Below, in pieces: positions 28,438-36,862 of a DNA stretch of 64,000 nucleotides. The stretch is from Candidatus Nomurabacteria bacterium (GTDB taxonomy: Bacteria; Patescibacteriota; Minisyncoccia; Phycocordibacterales; UBA918), in assembly GCA_023898525.1 (NCBI GenBank), contig CP060227.1, forward strand, positions 710,440-774,439. The letters are read 5' to 3'. The translations under genes were made by a program, and so were the position numbers. Position 1 is the first letter of the stretch. Every line of letters begins with the position of its first letter. The notes under the pieces are model-generated. The model made no database searches. It was given only the letters and a program-made list of their open reading frames with translations, and was not told where the DNA came from.

Positions 28438-29334
28438 TTACCTCAACGCCCTCCGCCATCCAGCTTCCACTGCTTCTTTCTCCGTACAAAACCACTGCTC
28501 CCCTTTATCTTCGGAGATAATTGTCTTAGTGTAATATTGCTGTCCCGGTACGTGATAAATTTTTTCACCGCTTTTACTGATATTTCCTTTTATTAAGCAA
28601 TTGGAAGTATTTGTTGTAACTACTTCGCTGGTATTGGTATTTTGGTTTGTATCTAACGTGTTGATGCTAGTAGGGCTAGCTTCAAAATTATCACAAGCAC
28701 CATCTGCCCAGAGACCAACTTTGTTTTCTTTGGCGTAGGTTTCGGCGGCTTTGTACTTCGCTTGTCTATCATAGGGGAGGTTATAGGTATACTCATAGGC
28801 AAAACCAGAACGGATCATGGTTTCACCAAAGTCACTACTGTCTGGGAGGCTTATGTAGGCAAGGGTACGACCATATTTATCATAAGTACCTTGACTGTCA
28901 TCGTAAGTAATAATTACTTTTTGGTCGCTCAGTAATCTTTTGGCTTCAGCAGAAGCTTCTCGGCCAAAACATTCTACTGTTTTTTCAGGATGAACTGTTT
29001 CGGGGGTATTGATACCAATTACTCGTATGGTTTCTATTTTTCCATTTAGGTCAACTTTGACCGTATCACCATCTACAACATACAGAACCTTGCCCCCGGT
29101 TCCACTTGTGTCGGATAGATTGTTCTGTGTCTCGATGCTGTTATTGCTTGTACTGGCGCCGCCTATAACCAAGGCCTCTTGTGAGGTGGGTTCTGGCTTC
29201 GTGTTGATGGTAGCCTCGGGGTTGGTTATCTCTGGTGGCTGGTTTTGTTGATCTTTTGGTTCAGGTGTTATGAGTGCCAAGACAAATAAAAAGGCAATAA
29301 TATAAAAAGTTTTGTTTTTAAGTTTACCTAACAT
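28438..29334 (-). CDS. secreted thermonuclease (SNase/micrococcal-nuclease family) with a C-terminal Cys-flanked domain
   Basis: N-terminal signal/TM 'FYIIAFLFVLALI'. The SNase core is 'VVDGDTVKV...IRVIGINTPE...ECFGREASAEAKRLL...YDKYGRTLAYI'. The C-terminal part is 'CLIKGNISKSGEKIYHVPGQQYYTKT...WFCTEKEAVEAGWRRA'. Confidence 0.75.
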   Translation of the reverse strand: MLGKLKNKTFYIIAFLFVLALITPEPKDQQNQPPEITNPEATINTKPEPTSQEALVIGGASTSNNSIETQNNLSDTSGTGGKVLYVVDGDTVKVDLNGKIETIRVIGINTPETVHPEKTVECFGREASAEAKRLLSDQKVIITYDDSQGTYDKYGRTLAYISLPDSSDFGETMIRSGFAYEYTYNLPYDRQAKYKAAETYAKENKVGLWADGACDNFEASPTSINTLDTNQNTNTSEVVTTNTSNCLIKGNISKSGEKIYHVPGQQYYTKTIISEDKGEQWFCTEKEAVEAGWRRALR

Positions 29335-29351
29335 GCGGTAGTTGTCTTTGG

Positions 29352-29594
29352 CTAAAAGTTTTTATAAGTCTTATCATTTCTTCTACTTATTTCCAAAATA
29401 TCTATTCTGTCGCGATTGGCTAAAAAGATTATACGAATTTTTTCTTTACGTACTCGAAAAACATCTGAATAACCAACCAACTTTTTTACATCGACCTGCT
29501 TTGTTTTACCCTCTTTTATGAGTTCAAGAATATCTGACAAGTCACTCAGTTCCTTGTTTGATAGTTTTTTAAGAAACTTTTCGTTTCTGTCCAT
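29352..29594 (-). CDS. type II toxin, ParE/RelE family
   Basis: 'FLKKLSNKELSD...KKLVGYSDVFRVRKEKIRIIFLANRDRIDILEISRRNDKTY' fits the ParE_toxin/RelE pattern. Confidence 0.65.
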   Translation of the reverse strand: MDRNEKFLKKLSNKELSDLSDILELIKEGKTKQVDVKKLVGYSDVFRVRKEKIRIIFLANRDRIDILEISRRNDKTYKNF

Positions 29595-29838
29595 GTGATT
29601 TTATTGAGGCTAACAATTCATCAATAGGCATACCTGTGCCAATTTCTTTAGGGAAGTCTACTATTGTTTCCCATCTTGTCTCGGAGTCATTATCGACTGG
29701 TGTTAATTTGAAAAGGGGGGTGGATCGGCGAAACACAGTTATAGACTCACCTTTGTTAACGCGAGCTATGTATTCTTCCATGTTCTCCCTCAACTCTTTT
29801 AAGCCAATCGTTTTAGTATTTTTTGCTTTTATAGGCAT
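29569..29838 (-). CDS. type II antitoxin, Phd/YefM family
   Basis: 'TIGLKELRENMEEYIARVNKGESITVFRRSTPLFKLTPV'; overlaps the downstream toxin gene by 26 nt. Confidence 0.7.
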   Translation of the reverse strand: MPIKAKNTKTIGLKELRENMEEYIARVNKGESITVFRRSTPLFKLTPVDNDSETRWETIVDFPKEIGTGMPIDELLASIKSHGQKRKVS

Positions 29839-29845
29839 GATTAGT

Positions 29846-29867
29846 AAGTTTATCTTAAGATAAACTT
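29846..29867. promoter_or_regulatory. perfect 22-bp palindrome AAGTTTATCTT|AAGATAAACTT immediately upstream of the Phd antitoxin (operator candidate)
   Basis: Read directly from the sequence; located 8 nt upstream of the antitoxin start. Confidence 0.4.
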
Positions 29868-29878
29868 TGGATCAATAT

Positions 29879-30199
29879 CTATACTCCCGGTTTTTTCTCT
29901 CTTGTTCTAAAGCTAAAACCGGCTAATTTTTTGTGTAAAGAAAGGGTATGAAATATATGAGGAGCCAGCTCTCCGTTACAGTGTACCGCTACTTTTTGGG
30001 TGCTTTGGCCGCTGATAATCAATTCCATGCCGGCGGTAGTGAAGACTCCGGTTATATGACGTTTGCCGGTTTTGCTACGTCTTCTTTTAATAATTCCCGG
30101 AGAAACTAGAGTTACTCCAGGAATTGTTTCCAGTATTTGTACGACCCCCTCTGCCGTTTCGGTGAGGGTGGTGTGTGTCCCTCCACGAATTTTTTTCAT
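29879..30199 (-). CDS. hypothetical protein (106 aa)
   Basis: ORF with basic patch 'GIIKRRRSKTGKRHITG'; no confident family assignment. Confidence 0.35.
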   Translation of the reverse strand: MKKIRGGTHTTLTETAEGVVQILETIPGVTLVSPGIIKRRRSKTGKRHITGVFTTAGMELIISGQSTQKVAVHCNGELAPHIFHTLSLHKKLAGFSFRTREKKPGV

Positions 30200-30299
30200 G
30201 CTTATATAATGACATGAATTTGATTCTGTGTCTAGGATTTTACTAGTCTGAATTCAAATCAAAGACCACAGCGTATTACGCCGTGGCTTTTATAATGAG

Positions 30300-30857
30300 T
30301 TATTTCATCAATGGACTTTGTATCATCATTAGGTGTCGGTCTACCCACTTACCTTGTTTAAAAACTGACTTTGGTACAGTACCGATATGAGTGAAACCGC
30401 ATTTTTGGTAACATTTCATACCGCGTGGGTTGGTGCTCAGGACAGATAGGGTTATAGTGCGCAACCCTCGTTGTTTGAAAGACCAGTAGAGCATGGTCTC
30501 AAGAGTTTGCGTGCCATAGCCGTTACCCCAGTACTCTTTGTTGCCAATAGCTATGCCGAAGGAACCTTCAAGATGAACATTGTTTATTCGGTCAATTCCT
30601 GTGGTACCAATCAGCTTTTGGTCTTTTCTGTGGTATATTCCCAGCTGCAGCTTTTTATCATTTTTGTACATTTTTGAAATGTAGTCCTTCTCAAACTCGG
30701 TAGTGATTGGAAATTCGCCGCCGTTTAGAAATTGGTTAACCTCAGGATCTTGAAACCACTCTAGGATTTTGTGTGCATCATGTTCTTCCAGTAAAACTAA
30801 GTCAAGGTCCTTGGTGGTTAGAAAAACTTGCTGCTTGGTTTTAATGATTGTACTCAT
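30300..30857 (-). CDS. GNAT family N-acetyltransferase (RimJ/RimL-like)
   Basis: 'IAIGNKEYWGNGYGTQTLETMLYWSFKQRGLRTITLSVLSTNPRGMKCYQKCGF' is the acetyl-CoA binding motif region. Confidence 0.8.
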   Translation of the reverse strand: MSTIIKTKQQVFLTTKDLDLVLLEEHDAHKILEWFQDPEVNQFLNGGEFPITTEFEKDYISKMYKNDKKLQLGIYHRKDQKLIGTTGIDRINNVHLEGSFGIAIGNKEYWGNGYGTQTLETMLYWSFKQRGLRTITLSVLSTNPRGMKCYQKCGFTHIGTVPKSVFKQGKWVDRHLMMIQSPLMK

Positions 30858-31166
30858 TTAAAAGATCTCCTTATATATTTATTAGTAAAAACTGAAAGTC
30901 AAAATAAATAACCTCGACATCCAGTCGAGGTTATATTTTTTTAAATATAGAGACTTTTAATTAATTAAAACCATAACCACGACCAGATACCGGCGATGAA
31001 CTTATCGTCATGACTGAATATGACACGATAAAGAACTCAGTAATCACTGAAGTGTTCTTAATTAGGTTGTGGTTAATAATATTTTGCATGTATTAATGAA
31101 GACGGGTGGCGTCGGGGTTTCTTACGGTTATTTGTTGTTAATCTTAATTAATAAGATGGTACAATA

Positions 31167-32678
31167 ATGAGTAATAAATTATTTGTTAAGCCACGTTTTA
31201 TCATGCAAGTTCAAAAAGTTTCGCTTTCAGTTTTAGTTATCAGCTTTGTATTCGCCTTGCTTTTCTTCCTAGCCCCATCTTTTTCTTATGCTCAAGCAGT
31301 GGAAGACTGTCAATTTAGCCGCACCTTGGAGGATGGGGTTGATGGTGAGGATGTGCGCTGTTTGCAAAGGTATTTAAATGCTTCTGGTTTTCAAATTGCG
31401 GAAAGTGGCCCGGGGGCACCAGGAGGTGAAACTTCGCTTTTTCGAACTTTGACCAGGGAAGCGGTGGTTAAGTGGCAGCAGGCTAAAAAGATAACCCCGG
31501 CTAGTGGAGTGTTTGGAGATAAGTCTAGAGCGGTCTATATGATGGATGTCTTGGCTAAACTTCAATTAGAAAAAAGTAAACAGGAAGCACCTTTGGTGAC
31601 GATTAATCCTATATCTGTAGTTAAACCACAGCCGACTGTTGTGGCCCAAGTAACTAGCTCTAATACCAAGGACAAAGAAGAGGCAGAAAGACAAATAATA
31701 TTTGTTTTGGCTATGATAATCGACGCTTACGAAGAAATAGGTAATATACGTAGTGATGATCCAGACGAAGCTGCAGATATTGATGAAGATGTACAGAGTG
31801 CTTTGAGAGACTTAGGTGATGTCCTCGAACAATACTTTGACGGAGAATTTAAGAGATCTAAAAGTTTAGCCCTTGATGTGCTGGATGATGCGACTGATTC
31901 TTTTGAGGACGCTGGTGGTGAGTCAGATAAAAGCAAGGCCGAAGATATCCTTGATGATGTCGAAGATTTATACAATGACATTGATGATTTGATTGACGAG
32001 GCAGAAGACGAAGATGAAGAAGTGGGTGATGCTCCTGACTTACTAGGTGAAGCGAAAGATCACTTGGATGATGCCAAAGATGCTTTCGATGATGGTGTAT
32101 ATAGTCAGGCTATTAGTGACGCGCTTGATGCTGAGGAGCTGCTAGAGGAAGCCCGTGGCGAGATAGATATAATTTCAGAAAATGATGCAGAGGCGTTTGT
32201 TGAAGATGTGCGAGATGAGCTAGGAAATGCTAGGGATGAGGTAAGTGACTCTAATGCAGACAGGGATGATGTAGAGGAAGCCGAGGGTCTTCTTGATAGC
32301 GCGGAACGTCGTCTAAAGAAAGCTGACATAGCTGTTGATGAAGAAGATTTTCGTAAGGCCGCTGATCTGGCGAAAGAGGCAGAGGAAATGATAGACGAGG
32401 CCCTTGATTTGGTGGATGGGTCAACAAAACGTGACGATGATGATAAGGCAGAAGATGCTTTAGATGATGCTAAGGATGAGCTGGGAGATGCTTGGAAAAA
32501 AGCAGAGAAGGCAAGTGATAAGGGAAAAAGTACTCGTAGTACAGAAAAGAAGTTAGCTAAGGCCGATGATCTATTGGACGAAGCGGGAGATGCGCTGGAT
32601 GATGAGGATTATGATGAGGTGCTAGATTTGGTAGATGAGGCACTAGACTTGATTGATGAAGCTTTGGATGAGATTTAG
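31167..32678 (+). CDS. secreted acidic repeat protein with a putative peptidoglycan-binding (PG_binding_1-like) domain
   Basis: Signal/TM 'VSLSVLVISFVFALLFFLAPSFSYAQA'. PG-binding-like 'CLQRYLNASGFQIAESGPGAPGGETSLFRTLTREAVVKWQQAKKITPASGVFGDKSRAVY'. A ~350-aa D/E-rich repetitive region follows (LDDAKDAFDDG..., LDEAGDALDDEDYDEVLDLVDEALDLIDEALDEI). Confidence 0.55.
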   Translation: MSNKLFVKPRFIMQVQKVSLSVLVISFVFALLFFLAPSFSYAQAVEDCQFSRTLEDGVDGEDVRCLQRYLNASGFQIAESGPGAPGGETSLFRTLTREAVVKWQQAKKITPASGVFGDKSRAVYMMDVLAKLQLEKSKQEAPLVTINPISVVKPQPTVVAQVTSSNTKDKEEAERQIIFVLAMIIDAYEEIGNIRSDDPDEAADIDEDVQSALRDLGDVLEQYFDGEFKRSKSLALDVLDDATDSFEDAGGESDKSKAEDILDDVEDLYNDIDDLIDEAEDEDEEVGDAPDLLGEAKDHLDDAKDAFDDGVYSQAISDALDAEELLEEARGEIDIISENDAEAFVEDVRDELGNARDEVSDSNADRDDVEEAEGLLDSAERRLKKADIAVDEEDFRKAADLAKEAEEMIDEALDLVDGSTKRDDDDKAEDALDDAKDELGDAWKKAEKASDKGKSTRSTEKKLAKADDLLDEAGDALDDEDYDEVLDLVDEALDLIDEALDEI

Positions 32679-32704
32679 GATTAAGTAAAATAATTCATAA
32701 AACA

Positions 32705-32739
32705 AAAAACGGTTTTCGCTTTGCGAAAACCGTTTTTTT
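32705..32739 (+). terminator. intrinsic terminator (copy 1 of a repeated element)
   Basis: Hairpin AAAACGGTTTTCGC-ttt-GCGAAAACCGTTTTTTT; near-identical to 33477..33507. Confidence 0.65.
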
Positions 32740-32778
32740 CATTGTCGTATCATTATTTTTTATATATACTCTACGTAG

Positions 32779-33453
32779 ATGTGGATAGTATTTTATACGT
32801 TTTTAAATTGTTTGGAGGCAATAGCTGTGAATACTTATGAACAAGCTTTACAATATAGAGCAAATTGTTTGAGGAAATTTGCTGACAGTCATCCAGAGTT
32901 GTGTGACCAGTCAGGGGAGGCTTTTTGGCCAATTCCGGTCATGATGTCGCTTATTTTTTCCAGAGGAATTAATTTATTGCAGGAAGAAATTGTTTAACTA
33001 TACGCACAAAACAATTGGCCGTTAGCAGAAGAGGTGTCCAAGATAAGAAATTTACTGGTCAAATTAGCTGCTGAGGGTGATTTAGGGGAAGATCATGTCG
33101 CTCCTTATCTAGCAGATCATCCAACACTACCCTCTTCTTTTGGTGACGGTCATTTTTTTGAACATTATCAAAAAGTCTTAAAACTCAACGATCCATTTAA
33201 GATACTTGGTTTTTTATACAGTATTGAAGTTGGATCGCTCGAGTTTGTGAAAGTTTTGGTAGAGAGAGGCTTGGTTAAGGAAGGTGGTTTATTTGCAAAA
33301 ATACACTTGAAAGTAGAGGAAAAGCATCGTAATTTAGCGATTTCAATTAGGGAAATGGTTATGCCTGAAACTTTTCGCAATAAATATAGGGCCGGTTTTG
33401 TGGGCGGTTGTGAGCTTCATGACGCTATGTATAAAAAAATAGCCAATAGTTAG
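32779..33453 (+). pseudogene. hypothetical protein gene interrupted by an in-frame TAA (32995-32997)
   Basis: ORFs 32779..32997 and 33034..33453 are in the same frame, separated only by one TAA; their family resemblance is uncertain. Confidence 0.4.
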
Positions 33454-33476
33454 AAGGTTGTCGGCTATGATTTAAG

Positions 33477-33507
33477 GCGGTTTTCGCTTTGCGAAAACCG
33501 TTTTTTT
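33477..33507 (+). terminator. intrinsic terminator (copy 2 of the repeated element)
   Basis: Hairpin GGCGGTTTTCGC-ttt-GCGAAAACCGTTTTTTT. Confidence 0.65.
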
Positions 33508-33692
33508 GTTGACTATATTAGTAAGTTTTTGTATTGTTTGGGCTGGTTTAATGTTATGAGGGTTTGTTGTAATGAGAAAGAGAACTGGTATATATTTCGG
33601 TTATTTTACAGATGTGAGATTTAAAAATGGAAGTTATCATTTTGAATTTACACATCATAAACATGTTAGTTTAATAGAAGTACCAATCGATA

Positions 33693-33881
33693 TTGTCTGT
33701 AAAAAAAAGTGTGGATGATAGTTTTCAAGTTAAGCTTGTAATAACTAGAGAAAGGAGAGAACCTGTAAGGCAGTTAATAGTCGACAATACTTTGGTTGTT
33801 GTTGAATTTGAAGATGGAAACCTGAAGGAAGTATACACACTCAGTCCTCAGGGGGTCTATGGTATCCCTTCTAAGTCTTAG
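33693..33881 (+). CDS. small hypothetical protein (possibly the 3' part of a gene frameshifted at an A8 run, 33572..33881)
   Basis: TTG-start ORF followed by a strong terminator. The upstream ATG ORF (33572..33718, other frame) would fuse to it if the A8 run at 33701-33708 were A7. Confidence 0.3.
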   Translation: MSVKKSVDDSFQVKLVITRERREPVRQLIVDNTLVVVEFEDGNLKEVYTLSPQGVYGIPSKS

Positions 33882-33886
33882 GTCTT

Positions 33887-33925
33887 AAGCCCGACAGTCG
33901 CAAAGCGACTGTCGGGCTTGTTCAT
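33887..33925 (+). terminator. intrinsic terminator (right edge of island 1)
   Basis: Hairpin AAGCCCGACAGTCGC-aaa-GCGACTGTCGGGCTT. Confidence 0.6.
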
Positions 33926-33929
33926 TTCA

Positions 33930-34096
33930 TTGACTTTTTTCTTTATTTCCAGTATTCTAGCAGGCGTTCCAACCTCAGTGAGGAATTAAGGATTCTATCT
34001 AAATCCTTATGTGTCACCTCACAAAAGTTATGAAGTTTAAGGGTTGGGAACCTCTGTTAAGGACGGCCGTTACCTTTCTTTACAAGAGGTTCCCAA
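33930..34096 (+). promoter_or_regulatory. promoter (TTGACT-17nt-TATTCT) and structured leader upstream of rpsS
   Basis: -35 at 33930-33935 and -10 at 33953-33958. A 12-bp stem TTGGGAACCTCT/AGAGGTTCCCAA (34044-34055/34085-34096) encloses the palindromic ACGGCCGT. Confidence 0.35.
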
Positions 34097-34148
34097 AACG
34101 CACTGAATTTTTTATGAAAGTGTGTATTTATTCGTATTAGTTAAGTAT

Positions 34149-34490
34149 ATGTCACGATCACTCTATAAAGGACCATATGTAGATGAGAAGTTGTTGAAGA
34201 AGATCGCCGGAAAAAAACCCGGAGAGGGTGGTGTCATCAAAACTTGGGCTCGCGCATCAGTGATTTCGCCTGAGATGGTAGGCTTTACCTTTGGTGTCCA
34301 CAACGGAAAAACTCATATTGAAGTTTTGGTAGCAGAAGAAATGGTAGGCCATCGGCTTGGTGAATTCTCTCCAACTAAGAAGTTCCATCGTCATGGAGGT
34401 AAGATGCAGAAAGAACTAGAACAGAAGAAGAAGGAAGCAGAAATTGCTGCTGCTAAAGCCGCTAAGTCTGCTGCCACTAGTAAGAAATAG
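34149..34490 (+). CDS. rpsS: 30S ribosomal protein S19 (with Lys/Ala-rich C-terminal extension)
   Basis: Start trimmed to '[12 protein letters not shown]...'; '[40 protein letters not shown]'. Confidence 0.85.
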   Translation: MSRSLYKGPYVDEKLLKKIAGKKPGEGGVIKTWARASVISPEMVGFTFGVHNGKTHIEVLVAEEMVGHRLGEFSPTKKFHRHGGKMQKELEQKKKEAEIAAAKAAKSAATSKK

Positions 34491-34493
34491 TTT

Positions 34494-34817
34494 ATGAAAG
34501 CAATTCTAAAAAATTACCGTCAGTCACCACGCAAAGTTCGTTTGGTCGCTGATGTGGTACGAGGAAAAAAAGTTGCTGACGCGCTAGCTACCCTACGATT
34601 TGTAGATAAGCGAGCGGCCGGCCCATTTGCAAAGGTGATTGAGTCTGCGGTTGCTAATGCTGTTCAGGCAGGTAAGCAAGCAGATAAACTCTTTGTTAAG
34701 AAAGTAGCGGTCGATAAAGGAATGGTATTGAAAAGATTCATGCCTCGTGCTCGCGGTTCTGCGTCACGCATTAACAAGCGAAATAGCCACATCTCAGTTG
34801 AGTTAGGTGAAAAATAA
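34494..34817 (+). CDS. rplV: 50S ribosomal protein L22
   Basis: 'AILKNYRQSPRKVRLVADVVRGKKVADALATLRF'. Confidence 0.85.
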   Translation: MKAILKNYRQSPRKVRLVADVVRGKKVADALATLRFVDKRAAGPFAKVIESAVANAVQAGKQADKLFVKKVAVDKGMVLKRFMPRARGSASRINKRNSHISVELGEK

Positions 34818-34822
34818 TATTT

Positions 34823-35539
34823 ATGACACACGTAGCACATCCATATGTACAACGTATTGGCGTAAATCGCGATTGGAAGAGTCGCTGGTTTACAGCTGAT
34901 CCAAAGAAGTTTCGCGAGTATCTACGTTCAGATGCTGCTATCCGAAAGTTTCTTCATAAGAAACTTAAGGGCATGTCAGTTGATACTGTAGAGATTGAGC
35001 GAAATCAAAAAGAGGTTCGTATTATTATCAAGACTTCACGACCAGGTTTGATTATTGGTCGCAGTGGTGAAGGAGCAACTAAGCTAAAGAAAGAAATTGA
35101 TCTATTACTTCGTTCACAAAAATTGACTGACAAACCGGAAGTCAAACTTGATATTGAAGAGGTTCGTTCTCCAGAGTCTAGTGCCAACATTGTTGGACAA
35201 ATGATTGCTGAAGGACTAGAAAAACGTATTACTTTTCGTCGAGTGATGAAGCAGACCATTGAAAAGGTGATGGCTAATCGCGATGTTCAGGGTGTACGTA
35301 TTATTCTTTCCGGTCGTCTTGGTGGCGCTGATATGGCCAGAAAGGAGGAATTAAAGAAAGGTCGAATCCCACTACAAACTTTGCGCGCTGATATTGACTT
35401 TGCTCGTGTTACTGCCAATTTGCCTTATGGTGCCATCGGTATCAAGGTTTGGATTTACCGCGGACAAGTCTTTGCCGATCGTCGTGGTGGTCAAGTTGAA
35501 GCCGCGACACGCGCAAATCACTTAGACCATAAAGCGTAA
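34823..35539 (+). CDS. rpsC: 30S ribosomal protein S3
   Basis: KH domain 'IIIKTSRPGLIIGRSGEG' and 'GVRIILSGRLGGADMARKE'. Confidence 0.9.
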   Translation: MTHVAHPYVQRIGVNRDWKSRWFTADPKKFREYLRSDAAIRKFLHKKLKGMSVDTVEIERNQKEVRIIIKTSRPGLIIGRSGEGATKLKKEIDLLLRSQKLTDKPEVKLDIEEVRSPESSANIVGQMIAEGLEKRITFRRVMKQTIEKVMANRDVQGVRIILSGRLGGADMARKEELKKGRIPLQTLRADIDFARVTANLPYGAIGIKVWIYRGQVFADRRGGQVEAATRANHLDHKA

Positions 35540-35551
35540 TCATACTGAATT

Positions 35552-35986
35552 ATGTTATTTCCAAAAAAAGTAAAACATCGCAAGTGGCAGGTTGGGCGCA
35601 AGAGTCCTGAGAAACTAAGTCGACCAGATACTCGTGGTATCACTGTTGCCTTTGGTACTTACGGACTACGCGCTACTTCACCGTCTCGCGTAAAATCAAA
35701 TCAAATTGAAGCAGCTCGTCGAGTGATTTCAAGAACCTTAGGTAAGACCGGTAGAATTTGGATTAGAATTTTCCCTGATCAGCCAATCACTAAAAAAGCG
35801 GCTGAAGTACCGATGGGTAAAGGAAAAGGAGATCCAGAGTACTTTGTTTTTGAAGTACATCCTGGTCGAATTCTTTTTGAGGTCGAAGGAGTACCAGAAG
35901 ATTTAGCTCGCGAAGCCTTTCGTAAGGCGGTAGCTAAGCTCCCATTACAAGGTAAACTCGTGCGTCGCGAAGAAACGACAGCGTAA
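35552..35986 (+). CDS. rplP: 50S ribosomal protein L16
   Basis: 'MLFPKKVKHRKWQVGR', 'RIFPDQPITKKAAEVPMGKGKGDPEYFV'. Confidence 0.9.
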   Translation: MLFPKKVKHRKWQVGRKSPEKLSRPDTRGITVAFGTYGLRATSPSRVKSNQIEAARRVISRTLGKTGRIWIRIFPDQPITKKAAEVPMGKGKGDPEYFVFEVHPGRILFEVEGVPEDLAREAFRKAVAKLPLQGKLVRREETTA

Positions 35987-35998
35987 TAATCTGAGCTT

Positions 35999-36199
35999 AT
36001 GATAAAAATGTCAGACATAAGAAGTAAGACGGATGCGGAGTTGACTGAGATCGTAAAATCCGCCCGTGAGACTGTTCGCGCTGAACGTTTCAAAGATAAA
36101 TTTAGTCGAAAGGCCGGTGTGATAAATGATGCTAAGCAAGAAATTGCCAGAGCTCTAACTGAACTATCAGCCCGTCGTCGTAATAATGACGCCAAATAA
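35999..36199 (+). CDS. rpmC: 50S ribosomal protein L29
   Basis: 'IRSKTDAELTEIVKSARETVRAERFK'. Confidence 0.8.
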   Translation: MIKMSDIRSKTDAELTEIVKSARETVRAERFKDKFSRKAGVINDAKQEIARALTELSARRRNNDAK

Positions 36200-36204
36200 T
36201 AAGT

Positions 36205-36465
36205 ATGACAACAGAAAATACAACAACTGTATCAAATCGTCGTACCTTGCGTGGCACTGTGGTTTCTACCAAAATGCAAGACACTATCACGGTAGCGGTC
36301 GAGCGTTATGTGAAGCATCCAAAGTACAAAAAGTTCATGCGACGCACGAAGAAATATTTGGTACACGATGCAGGTAATACTGCAAAAGAAGGAGAAGTGG
36401 TCGATATTAAAGAAGCACGCCCGTTTTCAAAGCGAAAGCGTTTTGAGCTCGTAAAGACAAAATAA
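36205..36465 (+). CDS. rpsQ: 30S ribosomal protein S17
   Basis: 'RRTLRGTVVSTKMQDTITVAVERYVKHPKYKKFMRRTKKYLVHD'. Confidence 0.85.
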   Translation: MTTENTTTVSNRRTLRGTVVSTKMQDTITVAVERYVKHPKYKKFMRRTKKYLVHDAGNTAKEGEVVDIKEARPFSKRKRFELVKTK

Positions 36466-36466
36466 T

Positions 36467-36838
36467 ATGATCCAACCACAAACAATAGTAAAAATCACTG
36501 ACAACTCAGGTGCCAAAATAGGACGTGTTTTCAAGGTGCTAGGTGGTTCAAAGAAACGCTACGCTGAGCTTGGGGAGATGGTGGTACTGTCAGTACAAAC
36601 AGCTGAGCCACGTAAGCAAGTGAAGAAAAAAGATGTTGTGTACGGGGTCGTCGTACGTCAGCGCAAGCCATTTCGTCGCAAGGATGGTTCCTATGTGAGC
36701 TTTGATGACAATGCCGTGGTGCTTGTCGATAAGGTTAAAAAAGAACCAAAAGCCAACCGTGTGTTTGGTCCAATTCCTCGCGAATTATCTGAGGCTGGTT
36801 ATCAGAAAATAGTTTCACTTGCACCTGAGGTGGTATAA
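36467..36838 (+). CDS. rplN: 50S ribosomal protein L14
   Basis: 'MIQPQTIVKITDNSGAKIGRVFKVLGG'. Confidence 0.9.
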   Translation: MIQPQTIVKITDNSGAKIGRVFKVLGGSKKRYAELGEMVVLSVQTAEPRKQVKKKDVVYGVVVRQRKPFRRKDGSYVSFDDNAVVLVDKVKKEPKANRVFGPIPRELSEAGYQKIVSLAPEVV

Positions 36839-36862
36839 GTAGACTAGTTAAATAGTATAACT

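Noticed and set aside
30918-30946. Hairpin AACCTCGAC-atccag-TCGAGGTT plus T-run in the divergent region between the GNAT gene and the acidic-protein gene
   Set aside because: It looks like a terminator but no gene ends there on either strand. It is probably a remnant or regulatory stem, and there is insufficient evidence for a feature call.
31700-32650. Periodic repeats in the acidic protein gene as a possible CRISPR or tandem DNA repeat array
   Set aside because: The repeats are degenerate at the nucleotide level and in frame within a protein-coding ORF. There is no constant-length direct repeat and spacer structure.
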